From: the human T2T-CHM13v2.0 reference genome, Homo sapiens
DNA: 64,000 nt
Assembly: GCF_009914755.1 (NCBI RefSeq)
Contig: NC_060927.1
Strand: one strand, 5' to 3'
The notes under the pieces are model-generated. The model did no database searches. It worked only from the letters and a program-made list of their open reading frames with translations, and was not told where the DNA came from. Numbering within the stretch: position 1 is the first letter of the stretch; each line of letters opens with the position of its first letter. Positions 63,938-64,000 of the stretch are shown here, piece after piece. The position numbers and the translations under genes are program-made.

Positions 63938-64000
63938 TACAAATCATGCTTTCTTTTCACCCATCCAATCTATTCTCTAAGAGCACTTGTGGCAGCTACT

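Overview
Primate (very probably human, chr3p25 by recall) genomic DNA rich in Alu elements. It contains the last two coding exons and 3' UTR of CAPN7 (+ strand, 1337-~3320). Convergent with it are seven coding exons of SH3BP5/Sab (- strand, 54614 down to 6492, 3' UTR to ~5255). All splice phases close into one 388-codon ORF; the first exons lie outside the window. The antisense lncRNA SH3BP5-AS1 probably overlaps the SH3BP5 3' exons. The rest is intron with Alu, MaLR/ERVL LTRs, DNA-transposon fossils, L1 pieces, a 33-nt U2 retrocopy and a 32-bp minisatellite. Main observations: (1) a 54-bp tandem duplication copies the whole 3' splice site of the last SH3BP5 exon, giving two in-frame acceptors; (2) a candidate 9-nt microexon or recursive splice site lies at 54057-54065; (3) an inverted Alu plus unique-flank duplication brackets exon 3; (4) two further short locally templated insertions are associated with Alus. 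Gene and repeat names come from recall of the sequences, not a database search, and repeat boundaries are approximate. No prokaryote-type system (CRISPR, operon) is present.
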